The notes beneath the pieces are model-generated. The model made no database searches. It was not told the origin of the DNA and saw nothing but the letters and a program-made list of their open reading frames with translations. 64,000 bases of DNA from Polyangiaceae bacterium. GTDB taxonomy: Bacteria; Myxococcota_A; Polyangia; Polyangiales; Polyangiaceae. The DNA lies in assembly GCA_046351455.1 (NCBI GenBank), contig JAXLYM010000003.1, positions 152,364 to 216,363 on the forward strand, in the 5' to 3' direction. Below, piece by piece: positions 43,474 to 51,559 of this stretch. Numbering within the stretch: position 1 is the first letter of the stretch; the number at the start of each line of letters is the position of its first letter. Position numbers and translations under genes: made by a program.

Positions 43474-44199
43474 ATGAGCGCCGCCGAAGGACGTCAAGAG
43501 GTGGTGCTGGTCGTCGAGGACGATCCGACGTTGCGCCTCGGCCTCACCAAGACCCTTCGTTCGGAGGGGTTTCGCGTGGAGACGGCGAAGACGGGGCCCG
43601 AGGGCATCGAGATGGCGCGCGCGTCGCGGCCGGACCTCGTGTTGCTGGATGTCATGCTGCCGGGGCTCAATGGCTTCGAGGTGTGCGAGGAGCTGCGGCG
43701 GCTCGACGCGGATCTGCCCATCTTGATGGTGACGGCCAAAGGGGAGGAGCAGGACAAGGTCCGCGGGCTCAAGCTCGGGGCCGACGACTACATCGTGAAG
43801 CCGTTCGGGGTGGCCGAGCTGTGCGCCCGCGTGCACGCCGCCCTGCGCCGCAAGCGCGCCCGCGAGGCCGAGAGCACCCTGATCACGTTCGCGGACGTCA
43901 CGGTCGACTTCCGCGCTCACCGCGTCACCCGCGCGGGCGCCCCGGTGGAGATGACCGCGCTGGAGGTCCGCCTCCTCCGCTTCCTCATCGAGCGAGAAGG
44001 CACCTTGTTGCCGCGCCAGCGCATCCTCGACGGGGTGTGGGGCGCCGACTATTTCGGCACCGAGCGCACCGTCGACAACTTCGTGAACCGCCTGCGAACG
44101 AAGCTGGAAGCGGACCCGAAGAGGCCCTGTCACATCGTCACCGTCCGCGGCGCGGGATACCGCTTCTCGCGAACCCCCGATCCGCAAGACGGAGGATGA
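43474..44199 (+). CDS. OmpR-family two-component response regulator
   Basis: Receiver domain (VLVVEDD, DLVLLDVMLP, TAKG) plus winged-helix trans_reg_C domain (LLRFLIEREG...VRGAGYRF). Confidence 0.9.
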   Translation: MSAAEGRQEVVLVVEDDPTLRLGLTKTLRSEGFRVETAKTGPEGIEMARASRPDLVLLDVMLPGLNGFEVCEELRRLDADLPILMVTAKGEEQDKVRGLKLGADDYIVKPFGVAELCARVHAALRRKRAREAESTLITFADVTVDFRAHRVTRAGAPVEMTALEVRLLRFLIEREGTLLPRQRILDGVWGADYFGTERTVDNFVNRLRTKLEADPKRPCHIVTVRGAGYRFSRTPDPQDGG

Positions 44200-44202
44200 G
44201 GC

Positions 44203-44378
44203 CCCTCCCCTCCTTGAGGCCGTGAAACGGCCGATTTGGGAGGGGCGGACTGGCCGCCACTGGGAGGACAGAGTCCGCTCGGCGTAGGCGGAGCGGAGCC
44301 TGGCTCCGCGGAGTCCGTAGCTGAGTGGACGCCGCCCTCGACGTTGTGTTCGCGCAGCGAAGGCCGGGGGTGGGCACC
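44203..44378. repeat. intergenic hairpin repeat element, long copy (CCCCTCCC...GGCCGTGAAACGGCC...GGGAGGGG ... GGGGGTGGGCACC)
   Basis: Shares 30-40-nt cores with the copies at 58810..58892, 58694..58768 (inverted) and 18431..18520 (inverted). Nested stem-loops. Confidence 0.6.
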
Positions 44379-44512
44379 TTGGCTGTGCTTGATCTTTCTT
44401 CTGGCGGCCGGTGACACAACGGTGACATGGCGTGGATAAAACCAACACCTCGGTGATTCATCTTCGGTCCTGTCACGGGCGGTCACCCGCTAGCCCGCCC
44501 AGGAGGACTCTC

Positions 44513-45757
44513 ATGCTCCGTCTTCGCTCCATCGTCCCCGTGTTCGCTCTCGCGATCTCCGCCTCGGCCTGCAACCAGCCGGACGTGGACACGAGCACCC
44601 CCGACGACACCACCGCGGCGAAGCCCACCTCCACCGAAGGCGCCTCCGTCCGCGTGGAGCAGGCCGAGCGCGCGCTCGACGTGGGGCGCGACGTGGCCGG
44701 AGCCCGCGCGACGCTCGAAGGGATCGTGAAGGACACCAGCGTCCCCGCCGACGTCCGCGAGCGCGCGTCCTTCGCTCTCTCGCGCGCGTTCGAGGCGCAG
44801 AAGGACACGGAAGGGGCCATTCGTACCATCGAGTCGCTCCTCGCCGCGCACGCCGAAGACCGCAGCTGGCCCGCGCAGGAACAGGCCGAGAAGCGGCTCC
44901 GCAAGCTGCTCACCGGCAAGGAAGACAGGCCCTCTCCGCTCCGCCGGCCGGAGGAGAAGGTCGCGCCCGTCGCGCGCGCGCTGGCCGCGTATTTCCCGGC
45001 GAAGAAGGACGGGCCGACCGTGATCGATCTCCGGATGTTCGGCGGCGACATGGGGGTGTCCGAGGGGCTCGGCACGTTCCGCATCGGCGACGCCCTGCGC
45101 GAGATCGCCGACGAATCGTGCCCTCTTTGCGACACCAAGGTGAAGGTGCAGACGAGCTCTTCGCGCTCCGGCGGCTGGACGTCCATCCCCGGCGAGAGGC
45201 CGCGGCTCGCCAGCGCTCTGACCGTGTTCTACACGCACCTCGGCGACCCCATCCCCGCGCGGTACGACGACGTGCTGCCGGTGCCGATGAGCGAGGTGCT
45301 CGGTCACCTGCAGAAGGGCGAAGGCGTCGTGATCGCCAAGGAGCGGACGGGTGCGCCGCCTTCGATCCTGCTCGCGGCCCCGCGGGAGGCGCAGCTCGCG
45401 GAGGTGGAAGAGGCCTTCTCGAAGATGGCCAGTCTGCCGGGCTCGCTGACCGTCATCAAGGTGAGCGCCGGCCTCAAGAACGAGGAGATCCGGTCGACCA
45501 TGCGCGCGAACGGGATGCCCGCGTTCAAGAAGTGCTACGACGAGCTGCTCAAGCGCTCTTCGACCGCGACGGGGCGCACGGAGATCGCGTTCACGATCAA
45601 GGGCGACGGCGCGCTCGACGACGTGCACGTGGACGCGACGGACGGGCTCAAAGAGGGCACGTTCCAGCGCTGCATGGAGGCCGCGATGAAGACGATCTCG
45701 TTCCCGGCCACCAGCCAGTCGACGACCGTGAAATACCCGATGACGTTCACGCCGTGA
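44513..45757 (+). CDS. lipoprotein with C-terminal AgmX/PglI-like domain
   Basis: Lipobox ALAISASAC. C-terminal FKKCYDELLKRS...VHVDATDGLKEGTFQRCMEAAMKTISFPA...VKYPMTFTP resembles the myxobacterial AgmX/PglI C-terminal domain. Confidence 0.7.
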   Translation: MLRLRSIVPVFALAISASACNQPDVDTSTPDDTTAAKPTSTEGASVRVEQAERALDVGRDVAGARATLEGIVKDTSVPADVRERASFALSRAFEAQKDTEGAIRTIESLLAAHAEDRSWPAQEQAEKRLRKLLTGKEDRPSPLRRPEEKVAPVARALAAYFPAKKDGPTVIDLRMFGGDMGVSEGLGTFRIGDALREIADESCPLCDTKVKVQTSSSRSGGWTSIPGERPRLASALTVFYTHLGDPIPARYDDVLPVPMSEVLGHLQKGEGVVIAKERTGAPPSILLAAPREAQLAEVEEAFSKMASLPGSLTVIKVSAGLKNEEIRSTMRANGMPAFKKCYDELLKRSSTATGRTEIAFTIKGDGALDDVHVDATDGLKEGTFQRCMEAAMKTISFPATSQSTTVKYPMTFTP

Positions 45758-45895
45758 CAGGGGGCCTCTTCGGCGGGGGGCGTAGCGGGGGAGCACCCCC
45801 GCAACCCCCCCACAAAGAAGCGCCGCGAACCTCGATGTCGCCTGCACGAAGGAGAGGCTTGCTCGCACCTCGGATCTGAGGCAAAGCCGCGCGCG

Positions 45896-46756
45896 ATGCC
45901 TCGCCCGTTCGCGCCCGTCGACGCCGTTCCCCTCCCCGAACAACAAGGTCAGAGCTTCCCGCGCGCGGTGGAGCTGATGCAGCGCCTCCTCGCGCCCGAC
46001 GGCTGCCCGTGGGACCGCGAGCAGGACTTCAGCTCGCTGCGACGCTTCGTGCTGGAAGAGGCGTGCGAGGTCATCGACGCCATCGAGCACGGCGACAAGA
46101 AAGAGCTGTGCGGGGAGCTCGGAGACCTCCTGTTCCAGGTCGTCTTTCAGGCGGAGCTCGCGCGCAAAGAAGGCTCCTTCGGGCCCGACGACGTCGTGAA
46201 GGCCATCTGCGACAAGCTCGTTCGACGCCACCCGCACGTGTTCGCGGACACCACGATCGAGGGCGGCTCCACCGAGGTGCTGCAGAACTGGGAGCGCATC
46301 AAGGCCGCCGAGCGCGCCGCGAAGGGCGAAGCGGAGAAGGCAAAAGGCGTCCTCGGGAGCGTCGCGAAGAGCCTGCCGGCCCTCACGCGGGCCCAGCGCG
46401 TGGGCGAAAAGGTGGCGCGCGTCGGCTTCGACTGGCCGGACGCCCGCGGCTCCCGCGCGAAGGTCACCGAGGAATTGGGGGAGCTGGACCACGCCATCGA
46501 GTCCGGCGACGCCGATCGTATCGAGGCCGAGATGGGCGATGTGCTGTTCGCCCTCGTCAACCTGTCCCGGCACCTGCACCTGGACCCCGAAGGCGCCCTC
46601 CGCCGCACCATCGATAAGTTCACGCGCCGCTTCGAGATCGTCGAAAAGCGAGTGCACGAGAAGCACGGCGGCTGGCCCACCTCCTCCACCGATGAGCGCC
46701 TCTCTCTGGAAGAGCTGGACAGCTACTGGGAAGAAGCCAAGCGCGCCGGGATCTGA
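45896..46756 (+). CDS. mazG: nucleoside triphosphate pyrophosphohydrolase MazG (tandem MazG domains)
   Basis: EEAYEVLDA-like EEACEVIDAIE with ELGDLLFQVVF, and a second EELGELDHAIE with EMGDVLFALVNLSRHL. Confidence 0.9.
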   Translation: MPRPFAPVDAVPLPEQQGQSFPRAVELMQRLLAPDGCPWDREQDFSSLRRFVLEEACEVIDAIEHGDKKELCGELGDLLFQVVFQAELARKEGSFGPDDVVKAICDKLVRRHPHVFADTTIEGGSTEVLQNWERIKAAERAAKGEAEKAKGVLGSVAKSLPALTRAQRVGEKVARVGFDWPDARGSRAKVTEELGELDHAIESGDADRIEAEMGDVLFALVNLSRHLHLDPEGALRRTIDKFTRRFEIVEKRVHEKHGGWPTSSTDERLSLEELDSYWEEAKRAGI

Positions 46757-46947
46757 CGATTACGGACCGCCTGTCCCGAGCTGAAGCTCGACTGTCACGT
46801 TTTTACGCGATCGTGGCTTGTTGCGACACTTCGCAAGAGGCAGTCTCACGATCTGCCGCATATTTCAACGGCACGACTTTCGCACATTCCGAAGGAGGAA
46901 CAATGTGGGCCGCCGGGTCTCCGGCGGCGGGCTGGAGGTGAGTCATC

Positions 46948-47607
46948 ATGAAGAGCACTTCGCTTGGGCTCTCAATCGTGCTGGTGTCCGCGATGGCGGT
47001 CGCTTGCACTCAAGCGGAACAGAATGTCCAGGGCGGATCCAGCGGTGAGACCGGCGGATCAGGCCCCGGATTGACGATCTACCCCCTGCCCGACGGTGGA
47101 GGCGATACCGGAGGGAGCAACACGGGTGGAACCGATACGGGAGGCGCGCCGGGCGGACCCTGCGGAGGGACCGAGCACGCGCAATGCCTCGACGGCGAAT
47201 ACTGCGACTTCCCGTCCGACGTGTGTGGACAGGACGGCATCGACGGCACATGTACGCCGAAGCCGGACACGTGCTCCAACGAGTACAACCCGGTCTGCGC
47301 CTGCGACGGGCGGGTCTACGACAACATCTGCATCGCCCAGATGTCAGGCATCGACATCCAGATGCTGGGCGGCTGTCCCCCCGGGGACGGCCAGTTCCCC
47401 TGCGGCGCGGAGATCTGCACCGCGGCGGACGAATACTGCCAGATCGACCTGCCCACCGAGCCGGGCGATCCCACGGTGTACGCCTGCGCGCCTCTGCCGC
47501 CGAACTGCCAGGCCGAGGGCGCGACGTGCGCGTGCCTCGCGGACCTGCCGTGCGCGAAATCGTGCGAGCAGGACACGCAAGGCGGATTCACGCTGACGTG
47601 CCCTTGA
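46948..47607 (+). CDS. secreted Cys-rich lipoprotein with Kazal-type protease-inhibitor-like domain
   Basis: Lipobox AMAVAC. Segment CSNEYNPVCACDGRVYDNIC fits the Kazal C-x-P-V-C-x-x-D-G-x-x-Y-x-N-x-C pattern. About 20 further Cys. Confidence 0.7.
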   Translation: MKSTSLGLSIVLVSAMAVACTQAEQNVQGGSSGETGGSGPGLTIYPLPDGGGDTGGSNTGGTDTGGAPGGPCGGTEHAQCLDGEYCDFPSDVCGQDGIDGTCTPKPDTCSNEYNPVCACDGRVYDNICIAQMSGIDIQMLGGCPPGDGQFPCGAEICTAADEYCQIDLPTEPGDPTVYACAPLPPNCQAEGATCACLADLPCAKSCEQDTQGGFTLTCP

Positions 47608-47628
47608 GAGGGCGTGTCCGAGGAGGAT

Positions 47629-49656
47629 TCAGGGGAGGATGCCGAGCCGGCTGAAGAAGCCGTAGCTCCCGACTACGAGCGCCTTCATGTCCTCGAAGGT
47701 GCCCTGTTGCATCTCCATGCCGATGTCGAGCCGGGTCATCGTGCCGTTCGCGGACGCGTTCTCCGTGAGGACGACCGGCGTCATTCCCTTGTTCGGCAGG
47801 GACAGGAGCGACTGCGCGAGCTTCAGGTCGTCGGCGTTCATGAACTGGGGGCTGGCCAGCGCGAGGCCGGAGAGCAGATTGCCCACCTTGTCGCCCGGCA
47901 GAGAGGCCGACACGAAGCCTCCGAACATCTGCTTTCCGTTCTTCAGCGTGTCGAGCCCCGCGCGCGCGCCGAGCTGGCCCTTGTCGTCCGCCCCTTGTTT
48001 CACGGCGAGGAGGCGCTTCACGACCTCGTCCTTCGCGGCGCCGAACGCGAGCCACGAATTGTCGCCGTCGCCCATCACGAAGATGTAGAGCTTGGCGGTC
48101 ATCCTGGTCTGGCCTTGTTTCGAGTCGTCCTCGAACGGGGCCTCCAGGTTGGGGATCGAGATCTCGACTTGCTCCGCGCCCGCGCCGAGAGAGGCCGGGG
48201 CGCCGCCGGTCTTCACGACGGGGAGTGACTTCGCGTCCGTCGGCCCGAGCTCCTTCTTGAGAGAGGCCTGCACGGAAGCGGATTTGTACGCGTCGACCCA
48301 CGCTTTGAGCTGCTTCTTCATCGCGGCGGGGCCCTCGTCCGCGCCGATCAGCGTCCAGCCGACCATGCGCTGGAGCATCGCTTCGGAGGCCTTCACGGCG
48401 TTGGCCTTCGTGGTGTCCGCGGGCATCGGCACGTTCGTCGGGCCGTGCGACACGACCACGTGGGTGTCCTTGCCGAAGGGCAGATCGAGGAGCTGCGCGA
48501 TCTTCGTCCGGTCCGCGGCGCTCGCGAAATTCTCCGTCGCCATCGCGGCGCTGAGCAGATCGCGCGCCTTGCCGAGGACGCCCGTGAACCGCGACGAATC
48601 CACGCCGCGGCCGTAAAAGGCACCTTGGCTGTCCGCGGGCTGGCGCCAGTAAATCGCGGGCGGCGGGCCGCTGCGGGCCATCCGGTCGGTGAGCGTGCCG
48701 GCGATGAACGAGGACGTGCTGGCCAGATCCACGTTGGCGGTGGCGCGCAGACAGGCGCCGCGCGTCTCGGTCTTCGCGTCGATCGTGACGCGGTGGAGAT
48801 CGCCCCACAGCTTCGTCACGTCGTCCTGCACGGCGGAGGCCGCCTCGAACGCGAGGCCGTCGAAGCGCTTGTCGCCCGAGGAGCCGTACTCCGTGACGAG
48901 CGCCCCGGACAGGGCCTTCAGGTAATTGGGGCCGAGCGTCGGATACCGCTTCTTCAGCACGTCGAAGCGACCCTCGAACCGCATGTCGGAGGTGCCGAGA
49001 TCGACGCTCGGGGCGGTGCGCGCGAGATAAGGAGCCAGCGCCTCCAGGCTCTTTTCGCTCTCCGCGCACACGAGGCGGGCCGGGGTCGCGCCCGCGCTCG
49101 CCGCGACGCCGCACGCGATGCCGCGCTTGCCTTTCTGGCCCCACAGGCCCGGGGTGATCTCCGCCGGCTCCTGGCCTTCCGGGGTGATCGCGACCTTCGC
49201 GCTGTCCAGCGACGTGAGGCCCATCGCGACCGCGACCATCGGCGGACGCACTTTTGCGCCTGGATCCAGCGAGGCGACGACGTCCACCGGGGCGTCGAGG
49301 GCGACGAGGCTCGCGACCTTGCGCACGTCCACGGGGCGGCGGAGGACCTCTTGAAGGACCATGTTCACGGCCATGCGCGCGTTCACCTCGACGATGACCG
49401 GGGCCACGCCCGCGCACGACGCGAGGTTCGAGGCGGTGGCGATCGGGCTCTTCCAGCGGGCGATCGCGACGACGTCGCTCGGCTCCGCGACGGGGCTCAG
49501 GTCCGGACCGGCGGCGACGGAGGCGGTGGGGGCGGCCGTCTCGACCGGCTTCACCGAGGCCGTCGGCGTGGGCGGCGGCTGAGGAGCGGGGGCAGGGCCG
49601 CACCCGCAGAGTCCGAGGATGGCCAGCGAAACGGCGCCAAAACGGCTCTTGCGCAT
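47629..49656 (-). CDS. large lipoprotein of unknown function
   Basis: Lipobox AILGLCGC, Pro-rich linker, then a 640-aa globular region. Confidence 0.75.
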   Translation of the reverse strand: MRKSRFGAVSLAILGLCGCGPAPAPQPPPTPTASVKPVETAAPTASVAAGPDLSPVAEPSDVVAIARWKSPIATASNLASCAGVAPVIVEVNARMAVNMVLQEVLRRPVDVRKVASLVALDAPVDVVASLDPGAKVRPPMVAVAMGLTSLDSAKVAITPEGQEPAEITPGLWGQKGKRGIACGVAASAGATPARLVCAESEKSLEALAPYLARTAPSVDLGTSDMRFEGRFDVLKKRYPTLGPNYLKALSGALVTEYGSSGDKRFDGLAFEAASAVQDDVTKLWGDLHRVTIDAKTETRGACLRATANVDLASTSSFIAGTLTDRMARSGPPPAIYWRQPADSQGAFYGRGVDSSRFTGVLGKARDLLSAAMATENFASAADRTKIAQLLDLPFGKDTHVVVSHGPTNVPMPADTTKANAVKASEAMLQRMVGWTLIGADEGPAAMKKQLKAWVDAYKSASVQASLKKELGPTDAKSLPVVKTGGAPASLGAGAEQVEISIPNLEAPFEDDSKQGQTRMTAKLYIFVMGDGDNSWLAFGAAKDEVVKRLLAVKQGADDKGQLGARAGLDTLKNGKQMFGGFVSASLPGDKVGNLLSGLALASPQFMNADDLKLAQSLLSLPNKGMTPVVLTENASANGTMTRLDIGMEMQQGTFEDMKALVVGSYGFFSRLGILP

Positions 49657-49883
49657 GCGGGGCTTATATTGTGCAGTCCCGGGGCTGTCATGCGCAAAGC
49701 ACGGCAGACCGCGCCCACATCAACGCAAACGGCGCGCGCTGCCGCGCAAATGCTATGCGGATGAGCCCCTCGACGCAGGCCTCTTCGAAGAGTGTGACGG
49801 GAACGAAGAGCCGCGGAGAGGGTCGCAAGCGTCATCAGCACAAGCGCCGTTCCTTCTTGGACAAGTTGAGGCACGAAAGACCC

Positions 49884-50609
49884 ATGATCACGACCTCGCG
49901 ATCGTTTCTGTTCTGCGCACTTTCCCTCGCCGCGCCGCTCGTCGCGGTCGCGTGCAGCGACACCCCGTCCGCGAGCGCGCCGCCGCAGGCCACGGGGGAG
50001 ACCACGACGGCCGCGGCCGAGACGGGCATGACGGCCGCGCCGACGGCCACGGCGGAGGCGGCTCCGACGGCCGAGCCGACCGCGGCGCCCACCGCGAGCG
50101 CGACGGCGGCGGCGACGGCGGACAAGCCGAAGCCGAGCGGCCGCCCCCCGGTGCTCCTCGCGAATGCGAAGTCCATCACCGACACGTTCGGCTTCTCGCC
50201 GGGCGCCCGGCTGGAGCTCGGAGACAAGTCGGTCGCGACGTTGCGCATCCCCGAGGGTGCGTTCACGCAGGCGACGAACGTGACGTTCGAGCTCGACTCG
50301 AAGTGCAAGACGACGGGCCTCGTGATGGGCTCGGTCTACAAGGTGACGCCGACGTTGCCTCCCGCGACGACCCCGGCGTCGGTGGCCTCGAACAACGGCT
50401 CGCCGTTCGTGTTCATCATGCCGACGAACAAGAAGGCGGGCCTGAACATGGCGATTGGCACCTTCGGCAAGGACGCGAAGGGCAACGACACGATGACGTT
50501 CAAGATCGTCGCCCCGAAGTCGACCGACGACGCGAACGGAACAGCCACCTTCGAGCTGGACACGCTGCCCGACGGGTGCCTGCACCTGACCACGAAGAAC
50601 CCGAGCTAA
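49884..50609 (+). CDS. lipoprotein with Ala/Thr-rich linker
   Basis: Start set at MITTSRSFLFCALSLAAPLVAVAC (lipobox). The upstream part of the track ORF is not protein-like. Confidence 0.65.
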   Translation: MITTSRSFLFCALSLAAPLVAVACSDTPSASAPPQATGETTTAAAETGMTAAPTATAEAAPTAEPTAAPTASATAAATADKPKPSGRPPVLLANAKSITDTFGFSPGARLELGDKSVATLRIPEGAFTQATNVTFELDSKCKTTGLVMGSVYKVTPTLPPATTPASVASNNGSPFVFIMPTNKKAGLNMAIGTFGKDAKGNDTMTFKIVAPKSTDDANGTATFELDTLPDGCLHLTTKNPS

Positions 50610-51559
50610 CTCGATAGCTCCACGTACGTGATGGGCAGATCGCGGAGCCACGTGCGCTGGCGCCGGACGAAGGTGCGAGTCGCGCGGATCACGGCGGTGG
50701 CCAGATCCGGGTCCGGCGGACTGCCCTCCACGAACGACTGCACCTCTCGGTAGCCGACCGACTTCATCGCTCGCGACTCCCCATAACCGCGGGCGAGCAG
50801 ATCCTTCACCTCGTCGATCCAGCCTGTCTCCAGCCATGTCCGCGTGCGCCGCGCGACGCGCTCGTCGAGGTCCTCGGGCGCGCGGCGGGGGGCCACGAGA
50901 TGTGCCTTGTGGCGCGGCTCCCGAAAGCCGTGCTCCGACTGCCACTCTGTCATCGTGCGGCCGGAGAGCGCGTGCACCTCCAGCGCGCGGCTCACGCGGA
51001 CGAGATCGTTCGGCGACAGCCGCTCCGCAGACGCGGGATCGATCGCCGCGAGCCTCGCGTGGAGCGCCGCGCGACCTTCGCTCTCCGCGATGCGCTGGTG
51101 CTCGGCGCGGATCCGCGCGTCGCCGGGCGGCATCGGCGCGAGGCCCCACACGAGCGCCTTCACCCACAAGAACGTGCCGCCGCAGACGATCGGCAAGCGG
51201 CCGCGCGCGCGGATGTCTCGGATCGCCTCTTCGGCGAGATCGGCCCAGCGCTGGGCTTCGATCGGCTCCAGCGGATCCGCGATGTCGAGGAGGTGGTGCG
51301 GCGCGCGCGCGCGCTCCTCGGCGGTCGGCTTGCCGGAGCCGATGTCGAAGCCGCGGTAGATCTGCACGCTGTCGGCGCCGATGATCTCGCCTCCGAGCCT
51401 CTCCGCGAGCCGGATCGCGAGCTCCGTCTTCCCGCTCGCGGTGGGTCCGACGACGACGAGCAGCGTGTCCGCGGGCGGCGCTTCGATCGCGGTCCACGGG
51501 GGCGCGCCCTCGGGAAACGAAGCGGCGCGCGCGCGCGACATGGGTCGAGGGCGGCTCAT
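50606..51559 (-). CDS. miaA: tRNA dimethylallyltransferase
   Basis: P-loop GPTASGKT, DSVQIYRG, DIG and CGGTFLW motifs match the MiaA family. ATGA overlap with the mutL stop. Confidence 0.9.
   Translation of the reverse strand: MSRPRPMSRARAASFPEGAPPWTAIEAPPADTLLVVVGPTASGKTELAIRLAERLGGEIIGADSVQIYRGFDIGSGKPTAEERARAPHHLLDIADPLEPIEAQRWADLAEEAIRDIRARGRLPIVCGGTFLWVKALVWGLAPMPPGDARIRAEHQRIAESEGRAALHARLAAIDPASAERLSPNDLVRVSRALEVHALSGRTMTEWQSEHGFREPRHKAHLVAPRRAPEDLDERVARRTRTWLETGWIDEVKDLLARGYGESRAMKSVGYREVQSFVEGSPPDPDLATAVIRATRTFVRRQRTWLRDLPITYVELSS

Noticed and set aside
41645-44448. Multiple long ORFs (42282..43382-, 42916..44448-, 40553..42484+)
   Set aside because: They overlap the histidine kinase / OmpR regulator genes in wrong frames. 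They have Arg-rich composition and no motifs.
47588-49603. 671-aa minus-strand ORF in alternative frame to lipoprotein 47629..49656; also 48445..49764+
   Set aside because: The chosen frame has a lipobox and balanced composition. The alternatives are Arg/Gly/Pro-rich.
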